A stretch of 64,000 nucleotides of DNA from Macrostomum lignano (taxonomy: Eukaryota). The stretch's first letter is position 1. The number at the start of each line of letters is the position of its first letter. The translations under genes were made by a program, and so were the position numbers. The notes under the pieces were generated by a model. The model searched no databases. It was given only the letters and a program-made list of their open reading frames with translations, and had not been told where the DNA came from. Below, piece after piece: positions 23,293 to 33,900 of this stretch. Location of the stretch: the NCBI GenBank assembly GCA_002269645.1, contig NIVC01000171.1, positions 1-64,000 on the forward strand, in the 5' to 3' direction.

Positions 23293-23894
23293 AATAACCC
23301 AACGTGCTCAAGCAGTTGCTGTCAGATTCCCATAGGACTCCGCGCAAACTACAGTCTGCAGACAAATTCTGCTAACCACAGACTCAGTGCAGCCTCCCTC
23401 CGCCCCAGCCCCATCTATCTCAGCTGCCACCGACCCCATCCTCTATCCAGTCGATAATTCAGTTTTGCCTGCCTGACTGCCCTGAGAATAAATGAGGTCT
23501 GCTGGGCGGCAGCTGAAGAGGGCGTGATGAAGGGCCCATAGCCTAAAATCAGCAGATTCTCTCCCTCATCCTGTCTCACTATTCTCTCCTTTGCTTTAAC
23601 TCTTGATTTTCACGTGTTTCGCTGCACGCATATCAGCTTAGCCAAGGATGTCAATCCCTGTCCTGCTAGGTAAATTGGACCCGACATTGCAGCACCTGTC
23701 GTGGGCCTAACTAACCTGCTCAGAAAGAATCTTATTGAATTAAAGCCAGGCATTCGTCATCCATAGATCTTAATTTAATTATGCGGAGAGATCACGGCCG
23801 CGACTTATTTTTTTGAGATCATTGCAGGCCACCTAGGACCCCGAAATTTACATGTAAAACTTGTTCAGTTCAAGCCAACCTCCTACAACCAAAA

Positions 23895-24215
23895 ATGCAC
23901 ATGTAGAATGTACAGTGTGAGACGAACCCCTTCGCCCAAGTGTACATACAGAATGTACACTGTGAGCCAAACCCCTTCCCCCAAGTGTGTATGTACATAC
24001 AGAATGTACACTGTGAGCCAAACCCCTTCCCCCAAGTGTGTATGTACATACAGAATGTACAGTGTGAGCCGAACCCCTTCCCCCAAGTGTATATGTACAT
24101 ACAGAATGTACAGTGTGAGCCGAACCCCTTCCCCCAAGTGTATATGTACATACAGAATGTACAGTGTGAGCCGAACCCCTTCCCCCAAGTGTATATGTAC
24201 ATACAGAATGTACAG
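23895..24215. repeat. 51-bp tandem repeat, about 6 copies
   Basis: Unit TACATACAGAATGTACAGTGTGAGCCGAACCCCTTCCCCCAAGTGTATATG. Confidence 0.93.
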
Positions 24216-24604
24216 CACAAGGCAACCCCCTTCCTTTTTCAGTTGCACATGTGCATAATACTACAACCCTAAAAGTACAGTGTTGGGGAAGTCAAAACTG
24301 ATCTTCATTGTGTGGAAAGTTGAAAGCCTGAGCCTTCACGGCATCATTCATGCAGCGAACAATGCAGAGAGTAAAAAAGCGAATGCTACACTGCGTAGTC
24401 TGACAGAGTGAAAAGCGGTGAAATTTAAACGCATTGCGAACTATGAAAGAATGTTAAACTAGCAATTTCGTGGTGCCCAGTGTGCTGAGATCCAGGCACT
24501 GCACTGACTGGCTGACTTACTGATATAATGCATCTGCAGGCATGGTGGCCGGGGCGCTGAGAGGATGTCGAGCGGTTTGTGAAGCAGCGCGCATAATGTA
24601 CGAG

Positions 24605-25345
24605 CTCTAGCATGAGCTGATGAGCACTAGCATGAGCTGATGAGCACTAGCATGAGCTGATGAGCTCTAGCATGAGCTGATGAGCTCTAGCATGAGCTGA
24701 TGAGCTCTAGCATGAGCTGATGAGCTCTAGCATGAGCTGATGAGCCCTAGCATGAGCTGATGAGCTCTAGCATGAGTTGATGAGCACTAGCATGAGCTGA
24801 TGAGCTCTAGCATGAGCTGATGAGCACTAGCATGAGCTGATGAGCTCTAGCATGAGCTGATGAGCACTAGCATGAGCTGATGAGCTCTATCATGAGCTGA
24901 TGAGCACTAGCATGAGCTGATGAGCTCTAGCATGAGCTGATGAGCACTAGCATGAGCTGATGAGCTCTAGCATGAGCTGATGAGCACTAGCATGAGCTGA
25001 TGAGCTCTAGCATGAGCTGATGAGCACTAGCATGAGCTGATGAGCACTAGCATGAGTTGATGAGCACTAGCATGAGCTGATGAGCACTAGCATGAGCTGA
25101 TGAGCTCTAGCATGAGCTGATGAGCACTAGCATGAGCTGATGAGAACTAGCATGAGCTGATGAGCTCTAGCATGAGCTGATGAGCACTAGCATGAGCTGA
25201 TGAGCTCTAGCATGAGCTGATGAGCACTAGCATGAGCTGATGAGCACTAGCATGAGCTGATGAGCTCTAGCATGAGCTGATGAGCACTAGCATGAGCTGA
25301 TGAGCTCTAGCATGAGCTGATGAGCACTAGCATGAGCTGATGAGC
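24605..25345. repeat. 20-bp minisatellite CATGAGCTGATGAGC(T/A)CTAG, about 37 copies
   Basis: Read directly; two alternating variants. Confidence 0.96.
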
Positions 25346-25713
25346 AGACAAAGTTGCACTGTCTGTAGTGTAGCACAGTGATATTAATTGATATCGCTAA
25401 CTTTCTGTGTAAAAGTCTTTTGAAGAGCCGCTAGTCCAAATTCTAGTTTAAGTAGTCTTTGGTTCAGTCCAACACATGCTTCTCCGACTGTCGGCAAAAC
25501 ATTGCCGATTTTCCTCACTAGCAGGTATCGCAGATGTCCATTGCAGTTTTAGAGGAATATCAAGTACACCTGGGGGGGAAGTGAACATCCTGATGCTGGA
25601 CCAAGGGTAACAGCTCTCCATCAGTTGCTGTCGCACCTCTGTCGGACTGAAGAGCCAAATTATGTGCGCCAGGTCAGACGCAAACAGGAACTGACATAAT
25701 GGAGAAGTTTCGC

Positions 25714-25718
25714 CTCTC

Positions 25719-25757
<39 letters not shown>
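25714..25757. repeat. (CT)n microsatellite
   Basis: Read directly. Confidence 0.9.
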
Positions 25758-25760
<3 letters not shown>

Positions 25761-25852
25761 CCTCACCTGTACTTTTAAAAGTGCGAGCAGCTTTTGTGGC
25801 GGAAAATGATTGAATCGTCATTGCGGTGGGCCTGCAGTGTTCAGCATAAGTA

Positions 25853-26130
25853 ATGCCTCTCACGATACCCCAATGCCTCTCCCGATACCCCAATACCTCT
25901 CCCGATACCCCAATACCTCTCCCGATACCCCAATGCCTCTCCCGATCCCCCAATACCTCTCCCGATCCCCCAATACCTCTCCCGATCCCCCAATACCTCT
26001 CCCGATACCCCAATACCTCTCCCGATACCCCAATACCTCTCCCGATACCCCAATACCTCTCCCGATACCCCAATACCTCTCCCGATACCCCAATACCTCT
26101 CCCGATACCCCAATACCTCTCCCGATTACC
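25853..26130. repeat. 20-bp minisatellite CCCCAATACCTCTCCCGATA
   Basis: Read directly. Confidence 0.94.
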
Positions 26131-27066
26131 CGATACTCCGATTTTATATGAAAATATTCCTTAAAAAACCAACTACCCGTCCAAATTAAAATGTTTACAG
26201 ATCCCTTGCATGAATTGGAATCCCACACAGCTATTCAATCCAAGCAATAAAAGCGTCGGATTCCATAATGCCCAGATCAGTTACCAATTTTCCGATCTAA
26301 ATTAATCAGCCACAACAGCTACAGGGACAATTTTAAAAGCGGCAAAAACTTCACAGAGAGAATTTCCCATCAGAGCTGTGAAAAAAACCATTATCAAAAG
26401 AGCCTTAGAAATGCCTCTCACACAGGTTTTTAGTAAAAGAGGAAAGAGCTCTTTGATGCACGATTTTGTTTAGCAGTCTCGAAAAAATCGGGACTCTGGA
26501 AACTTCCTGGCGACAGTACAGAAATTCACTTCCGCTTGGCTTGCTTCACCAGAAGAAAGGGGAGTGCTTATGGTTTCTATTGATGTTTAAAAACTAATCC
26601 TAGAGATTATATTTGTACGAGCCCATAATTACTTGATTTTGCATTAAAAAAAGACTATAAATTCCTCTGCACTACTACTTGAAGTAGGCGAGTTCAGACC
26701 TGCGAGAGATCGTTATTTCCTGCTTGATCGTTTTTCGTTGTCCCCAGCTTGAAAACAGCACTACAAGCATTGTTATCGTCATTGCTTCTAATATTTGTTA
26801 AAGTAAACGATCATGAAAACGGATAGATATTTTGTCCGATTTAAATTTAACAGGCACCACACCACAGGCTTGGCTAAGCACGAATTAAAACAAAGTCCAA
26901 CTAATCCAGACATAATGCAGCTAACCAACAGATACTAACGTATTTGAAAGTCGGCAGTCGAGTGCTGTATGGCCAGAGAAAACCGAACCAATTTGACCTG
27001 ACTGGCACACGTTAAGAAACTAAGATCCAGCTTACATCCAAATCAAGAAAACCGAAAACCCACACA

Positions 27067-28672
27067 ATGACTCGCTTTGACGACATCCTACCCGAGATCG
27101 GGGACCGCGGTCCCTACCAGGTCCTGCTCCTCATCCTCCTGTCCTTCGTCAAGTTCTTCGCCGCGTTCCAAACGGTCGCCGTCGTCTTCACGGCCGGCCG
27201 GATGGACTTCCAGTGCCTCGAGTCCGGCAACGAGTCGTCGAGCTCCTGGCAGCAGCAGGTGGCGTCGAACTGAACTGAACCGGCTGCCGATCGCTGCTAC
27301 AGGCTCAACGGAAGCGAGGCCTGCACCGTCTGGGTGTTCAACAGCACCAGCGGACCGTTCGGGTCCAGTTGGAGGTCGCAGTTCTCGCTAGTGTGCAGCA
27401 GAGAGAAGCTGGTGAACCTGTGCAGCACGCTGTACATGCTGGGCCTGCTGATCGGCAGCACGGCCTACGGAGCTCTGTCCGATCACTGGGGCCGCCTGAG
27501 AGCCGCCTGCGCCGCCACCATCAATGTGTGGATCGCTGGCGTCGCGCTCGCTTTTAGCCCCTCCGTGGAGGTGTACGCCGCGTTGCGCCTCCTCTGCGGC
27601 CTCGGCTCCAGTGGAATCCTCAGCGTGTGCAACGCCATGGTAGCCGAGTCGGTCACGCAGCGCGACCGCTTGGCCGCCGTCCTCCTCGGAACCAACGGCT
27701 GGAACATCGCGTTCTGCGTCTGCAGCATCATTGCCTTCAGCATCCGCAGCCACTGGAAGCTCGAGCTCACGCTTGCTGGCCCCGCCATCCTGTCCATACC
27801 GCTGCTCTTGCTGCTCGGAGAGTCGCCTCGTTGGCTGCTCGCAAAAAACCGACCTGACGACGCCAACCGTGTCTGTCAGCGAATTGCCCGTATCAACTGC
27901 CGTCGGCCTCCCGCCTGCTTCGATGAGGATGCAGCGAGTGTGCTGCACCCTCATTGACCAGCAGGGCAGCCACCCAAACGCTGGACTCATCGATCTGCTC
28001 CGCTCGCCTACCATGCGTCTGACGACTCTGCTTCTGTGGAACAATTTCCTCGCCTCATCCATGGTCTACTACGGCCTCATCCTGTCTACCGGCACCCTCT
28101 CCGGTAACATCTACCTCACCTTCCTGCTCGGCAGCGCCGTCGGAGTTCCAGCATCCGCCTTCTCCATCATCACCGCTCACTTCATCGGTCGACCGCTGCT
28201 ATTCAATCTCGTGTACTTTCTGTCATCAGACTGCATGTTCGCCATCGCCTTTCTGTTTGGCAATCCGAAATTCGGTACTTTAATTGTTGCTTTAGCCATC
28301 ACGGGCACATTCTTTTCCACTTCATCGTTCGATACAAGCTGGGCCTACTCTGGAGAGCTGTTCCCCACCCTGTTGAGGAATGTCGGTATGGGCAGCTCCT
28401 CCACCGCTGCTCGAGTTGGCGGGATCCTCGCTCCACTTATCAACATCCTTGGCGAGGTCTGGAAGCCGTTGCCGTTTATCATCTTCGCCTCCGTCAGCCT
28501 CTTGACGGCCTTCTTGGCGCTGCTCCTGCCCGAGACGAAGGGGGCTCACCTGCCCGAGTCGCTGAAGGACGCGGATAAAGAGTACATCAAGCCGAAGGTG
28601 CAACGCTTGTTTGAGAGCAACTGCGGTGGCTTGTCGGATGCCAGAGGCATGCAGTTGGAAGTAAAAATGTAA
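27067..28672 (+). pseudogene. Intronless SLC22 organic cation/anion transporter-like sequence with an in-frame TGA (27271-27273) and a +1 frameshift (about 27948); pseudogene or consensus error
   Basis: MTRFDDILPEIGDRGPYQ (SLC22 N-terminus), FSLVC, LSDHWGR, GESPRWL, MVYYGL, ELFPTLLRNVGMGSSSTAARVGGILAP and LPETKG are SLC22 signatures. ORFs 27067 and 27334 are in the same frame; ORF 27731 carries the C-terminal half in the next frame. Confidence 0.85.
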
Positions 28673-28747
28673 AAATATATCTGTTGAACTGGACTCCTCT
28701 CGATTTAAATTGAACTAATTTGATTAGCTAGGCTTTGTTTTAGGTTT

Positions 28748-29060
28748 TTAGGTGAGGGGTTCACTGGAGCCGAACGGGAAGACCCGCTGCTTTGACTCGC
28801 GCAGGATGTCTGCCGTGCTTCCAATGGCCTTGAATGTTTTGAGTACATTCGGTTTGCAGCTGGTGCTGCTGTCGATTAGCAGGTCTGTGGCGTGGTCGTT
28901 GATGTCCGCTTTAACGAGCGGTAGTTGCTTACGCTGTGGCGTAAGGCAGAACACCACACAGCTGCTGTCGCTCTCGCTGTTGCTGATCAATCGGCTGCTC
29001 CTCGGCAATGGTGTGCACCTTTCTGGAGCTCGCAGATTTGGACAAGCACGCCTTCGCCGA
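28748..29060 (-). CDS. Possible 3' coding exon of an unidentified minus-strand gene
   Basis: Strong C/G-ending codon bias in ..ISNSESDSSCVVFCLTPQ..PFGSSEPLT*, stop TAA at 28750-28748. No family recognised and no clean acceptor found. Confidence 0.3.
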
Positions 29061-29067
29061 CGTTGTT

Positions 29068-29452
29068 GCAGAGAGGGTGGAGAGAGGGTTGAGAGTGGGT
29101 GGAGAGAGAGGGTGGAGAGTGGGTGGAGAGTGGGTGGAGAGAGGGTGGAGAGAGAGGTGGAGAGTGAGTGGAGAGTGAGTGGAGAGAGGCTGGAGAAAGA
29201 GGTGAAGAGAAGGTGGAGAGAGGGTGGAGATTGGGTGGAGAGTGGGTGGAGAGAGAGGGCGGAGAGAGAGGGTGAAGAGAGGGTGGAGAGAGGGTGGAGA
29301 GAGGTGGAGAGAGGGTGGAGAGAGGTTGAAGAGAGAGGGTGGAGACAGAGGGTGGAGAGAGGGTGGAGAGAGAGGGTGGAGAGAGAGGGTGGAGAGAGGG
29401 TGGAGAGAGGGTGGAGAGAGGGTGGAGAGAGAGGGTGGAGAGAGGGTGGAGA
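29068..29452. repeat. GA-rich repeat, ~(GAGAGAGGGTG)n
   Basis: Read directly. Confidence 0.9.
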
Positions 29453-29934
29453 GTTGCTAGTGCAGTGGCGGCCCCAGGCCAAATCTCACCAGACAGCAGG
29501 AGGAGCCGGAAAGCGCAGCCAGTCACGGACGCACCGTTTGAAAAAATAAATCAGTTGCTCACAGCGCGGCAGAGTTTGGGTGCAGCCGATGCCACTACTG
29601 CATGCCTGCGCACTGCAATCGACAGCTACATGCAAGGCGCCCTACTGAAAACCGAATCAAGGCTTGGCGTTTACCATACTCAACCGTGCAGAGCTTCATT
29701 CATTGCTGATTTGCGATGTTTTGCAAGGCATGAATAATTAATTATTGTGGCTGGTTACATCAAGGAAATGAAAATAATTGTTATTTTTTAGACTAGTTTG
29801 CAAAACTCTGGGAACTTTAAATTCTGAAAGACTAAAGTTCTTTATGGCCTCTTTATGCCTTTGTGATTCACTTCAGCATTTGCGCTCGGATTAAAACACT
29901 ATTTCTGCTTAAGTGCTGCTAATTCTCGGCAGAT

Positions 29935-30918
29935 CCCCCCATTTCTACTAATCCACACACCTCTCCTAATCCCCCCACTTCTCCTAATCCACAACACCTC
30001 TCCTAATCCCCCACTTTTCTTAGTCACATACTTCTCCTACTCTCCACACCTCTCCTAATCCCCTTACCTTTCATAATCCCCTCACCTCTCCTAATCCCCT
30101 CACCTTTCCTAATCCCCTCACCTCTCCTAATCCCCTCACCTCTCCTAATCCCCTCACCTCTCCTAATCCCCTCACCCCTCCTAATCCCCTCACCTCTCCT
30201 AATCCCCTCACCTCTCCTAATCCCCTCACCTCTCCTAATCCCCTCACCCCTCCTAATTCCCTCACCTTTCCTAATCCCCTCACCTTTCCTAATCCCCTCA
30301 CCTTTCCTAATCCCCTCACCTCTCCTAATCCCCTCACCTTTCCTAATCCCCTCACCTCTCCTAATGGCCCCTCACCTTTCCTATTCCCCTCACCTCTCCT
30401 AATCCCCTCACCTTTCCTAATCCCCTCACCTCTCCTAATCCCCACACTTCTCCTAATCCCCACACCTCTCCTAATCCCCACACTTCTCCTAATCCACACA
30501 CCTCTCCTAATCCCCCCACTTCTCCTAATCCACACACCTCTCCTAATCCCCTCACCTCTCCTAATCCCCACACTTCTCCTAATCCACACACCTCTCCTAA
30601 TCCCCCCACTTCTCCTAATCCACACACCTCTCCTAATCCCCCCACTTCTCCTAATCCACACACCTCTCCTAATCCCCCACTTTTCTTAATCACATACTTC
30701 TTCTAATCTCCACACCTCTCCTAATTCCCACACTTCTCCTAATCCCATACTTCTCCTAATCACATACTTCTCCTAATCCCCACACTTCTCCTAATCCCAT
30801 ACTTCTAATCCCCACGCCTCTTCTAATTCCCATACCTCTCTTAATCCCCACACTTTTCTTAATCCTCACACTTCTTCGAATCCTCACACTTCTCCTAATC
30901 CCCACACCTCTTCCAATC
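29935..30918. repeat. 18-bp minisatellite CCTCTCCTAATCCCCTCA with degenerate flanks
   Basis: Read directly. Confidence 0.93.
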
Positions 30919-31307
30919 ACGTGCAATCTGCTACTGCAATCTGCTACCTGCTACTGCTATAAAGAATCCTCACTATCTAGCTCATGTTTTTCTTCATCAG
31001 GACCCGGGCACCCCAGCTTCACCCGAACTCCAAACTGTTAAGGTGGAAGAAAAAATTAAGTCAGAAAAAGCAGCTGCAATTTTTCTCCGTAGCTAATTGC
31101 TAAATACCTGCTTCCGAATCAGACACTCGTGAATAATTAATAATCAGGTCTGTCAGTTGTCACGCTAAACCAACTGCTGGATGTTGTGGGCTCTGAAATT
31201 TCAAATCCCAGAGACGGAGGAATGAGGTGGATCAAGTTTTTATCCCATCAGCGTCCTGGGCCGAATAACAAAATCCCATGCATCCCCTATAGGTAGAGTT
31301 GTTCTCT

Positions 31308-32345
31308 TCGGTAGTTTAGTGGGGCGGATTCACCAGGATCGGTAGTTTAGGGGGGCGGATTCACCAGGATCGGTAGTTTGTAGGGGGCGGATTCACCAGG
31401 ATCGGTAGTTTGTAGGGGCGGATTCACCAGGATCGGTAGTTTGTAGGGGGCGGATTCACCAGGATCGGTAGAGTTTAGGGGGTGGATTCACCAGGATCGG
31501 TAGTTTGTAGGGGGCGGATTCACCAGGATCAGTAGTTTAGGGGGCGGATTCACCAGGATCGGTAGTTTGTAGGGGCGGATTCACCAGGATCGGTAGTTTG
31601 TAGGGGGCGGATTCACCAGGATCGGTAGTTTGTAGGGGGCGGATTCACCAGGATCGGTAGTTTGGGGGGCGGATTCACCAGGATCGGTAGTTTGTAGGGG
31701 GCGGATTCACCAGGATCGGTAGTTTGTAGGGGGAGGATTCACCAGGATCGGTAGTTTAGGGGGCGGATTCACCAGGATCGGTAGTTTGTAGGGGGCGGAT
31801 TCACCAGGATCGGTAGTTTGTAGGGGGCGGATTCACCAGGATCGGTAGTTTGGGGGCGGATTCACCAGGATCGGTAGTTTGTAGGGGGCGGATTCACCAG
31901 GATCGGTAGTTTGTAGGGGAGGATTCACCAGGATCGGTAGTTTGTAGGGGGCGGATTCACCAGGATCGGTAGTTTGTAGGGGGCGAATTCAACAGGATCG
32001 GTAGTTTGTAGGGGGCGGATTCACCAGGATCAGTAGTTTAGGGGCGGATTCACCAGGATCGGTAGTTTGTAGGGGGCGGATTCACCAGGATCGGTAGTTT
32101 GTAGGGGGCGGATTCACCAGGATCGGTAGTTTGTAGGGGGCGAATTCAACAGGATCGGTAGTTTGTAGGGGGCGGATTCACCAGGATCAGTAGTTTAGGG
32201 GCGGATTCACCAGGATCGGTAGTTTGTAGGGGGCGAATTCACCAGGATCGGTAGTTTGTAGGGGGCGGATTCACCAGGATCGGTAGTTTGTAGGGGCGGA
32301 TTTATAAGAATCTGTAGTTTAGGGGGCGGATTCATCAGCGTCGAT
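31308..32345. repeat. 29-32-bp minisatellite GGGGGCGGATTCACCAGGATCGGTAGTTTGTA, about 33 copies
   Basis: Read directly; ends about 340 bp upstream of the putative Scratch ATG. Confidence 0.95.
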
Positions 32346-32683
32346 AGTTTAGGGGAGTGGATTCGTTAGGATCGGTAGTGAAGAGATTAAGAAAGACTAA
32401 AGAGATTAAGATTATGAGATTAAAAGATCCTCGAATTTATGAACTGAAGTGCGACTTCTCAGAAGTTTAGGAAGAATATTCAAAGAAGAGGAATTATTGT
32501 GGATCCCGGCTCGAGTCGGAGCCGCTCTCATTGGCTAGCGGGGCTGGCGACTTCCCCTTCCCGCGAATCCCGCTCAGGCCAAACCATCCCCACCACCCCA
32601 ATCTCTGAGCATAAATTTGAGAACTGGCCCAGAAAATCTCAAGCTCCTCTCCTGCTCACTGCTTCCCTTCATCAATCAGTCTC

Positions 32684-32918
32684 ATGGACCAGTCAGACCC
32701 ATTGAGTTCAAGTGCCCTCATCGCCAGAAGCTGCCAGCTGTTGATGCAGCAGCAGTTGTCAGTACCAGGAACCGCGTTATCGAGCTCTTCGAGTGTTGCA
32801 GACTCTGCTTCCAGTTCTGCCGCGGCACTCCTGGAAGAAAATCTGCGCTTCTATCAGCAAGTTGCCGCCGCGGCTGCCTGGTGGCGCCACCAGCTGCAGC
32901 TCGCCGGCGCCGCGATTG
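32684..32918 (+). CDS. scrt: Putative first coding exon of the Scratch gene
   Basis: ATG at 32684; Q/A/S-rich peptide typical of a transcription factor; strong donor G|GTGAGT at 32918/32919 in phase 1, compatible with the phase-1 acceptor at 49579. The linkage across 16.7 kb is inferred. Confidence 0.6.
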
Positions 32919-33900
32919 GTGAGTTTCTTAGAAAATACGACCGGTTTCTTAGAAATTCGTTTGGAAATAAATCATTTTTCTTCAAAAGCCAAGTCGACTT
33001 CTGGGCAAAAATGTTTTTGACATTTCGTTTCTTGGAAAAATCAGTATTTTTTCTTAGAAAAGTTAGCAGGATTTTAAATATTCTTTCTTAGAATTCTGAT
33101 CTTTAAAAATGTGTTTTCTGTCTCTCGTTTCTCGGAAAGTTTTCTGCTTCTTATCTGTTTCCTAAGTCGATTGTTATCCATAAATCTCTTGGAAAATAAA
33201 TTCAGATTTGAATTGTTCACTTTTAAGAATTTTGTCAATTTCTTAAAGTAAACCAAATAGTTTGTCTCTTCAATCTGTGTGGGACATGACAAAGGAGCAA
33301 AGTTTACGCACGAATAACGATTCGAGCAAGAAGCTTTTTGTTAGAGAGGGAAGACACAAAAATAATTAACTCCAAGGACTGCTGTAGGACGAACCTCTCC
33401 CTCGATGTCTCATGTACCAAATAGCAACAGATTTGAAAAAAATAATTTTTTAAACCAAGCTTTATTTAAAACCATCAGAGCAGAACTTGTGCTCAAGATG
33501 GGTGAAGAGATGCCGAGAACAGGGAGGGTTTCACAGACAGCAGCGTGTGGAGGGAGCCAGATGTCACTTTTGTATCCTTATGCCCGCTCAGAGTCATGTT
33601 TTATTATTAGGCATCTCCAATGCTATCATTTGGTGTCATTTTTTTCTCTCCAAAGAAGAAACAATCCTTTGTTCGCTGATGCGAACTCGATGACAGGGGG
33701 GGGGGGAGAAGGGACAGAGAAAGGCAGCCTGACTGTTGCTTGCAGCTGTTCAGTTCTGTAGCAATCAGCTTAGCAACTATATAAGATTTCATTATTTCTA
33801 CCGCCCATGAACAAAGCTATATTTGCACTGATATATATTCAATGCATTGGCTGGAATTGATACCGATAGGTTTATAAAGATCATCCTTAGCACTGTGCTG

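Noticed and set aside
24605-25345. CUGAUGAG hammerhead-ribozyme core in every unit (also on the minus strand of 8925-9306)
   Set aside because: No GAAA follows a stem II and no stems I or III with a cleavage triplet can be drawn.
29935-30918. Interstitial telomeric repeat (TTAGG on the minus strand)
   Set aside because: TTAGG occurs once per 18-bp unit; there is no tandem TTAGGG or TTAGG run.
33505-33545. MPRTGRV as a SNAG-encoding alternative first exon of Scratch
   Set aside because: Only MPR matches; the FLVK-type residues are missing and I saw no suitable donor.
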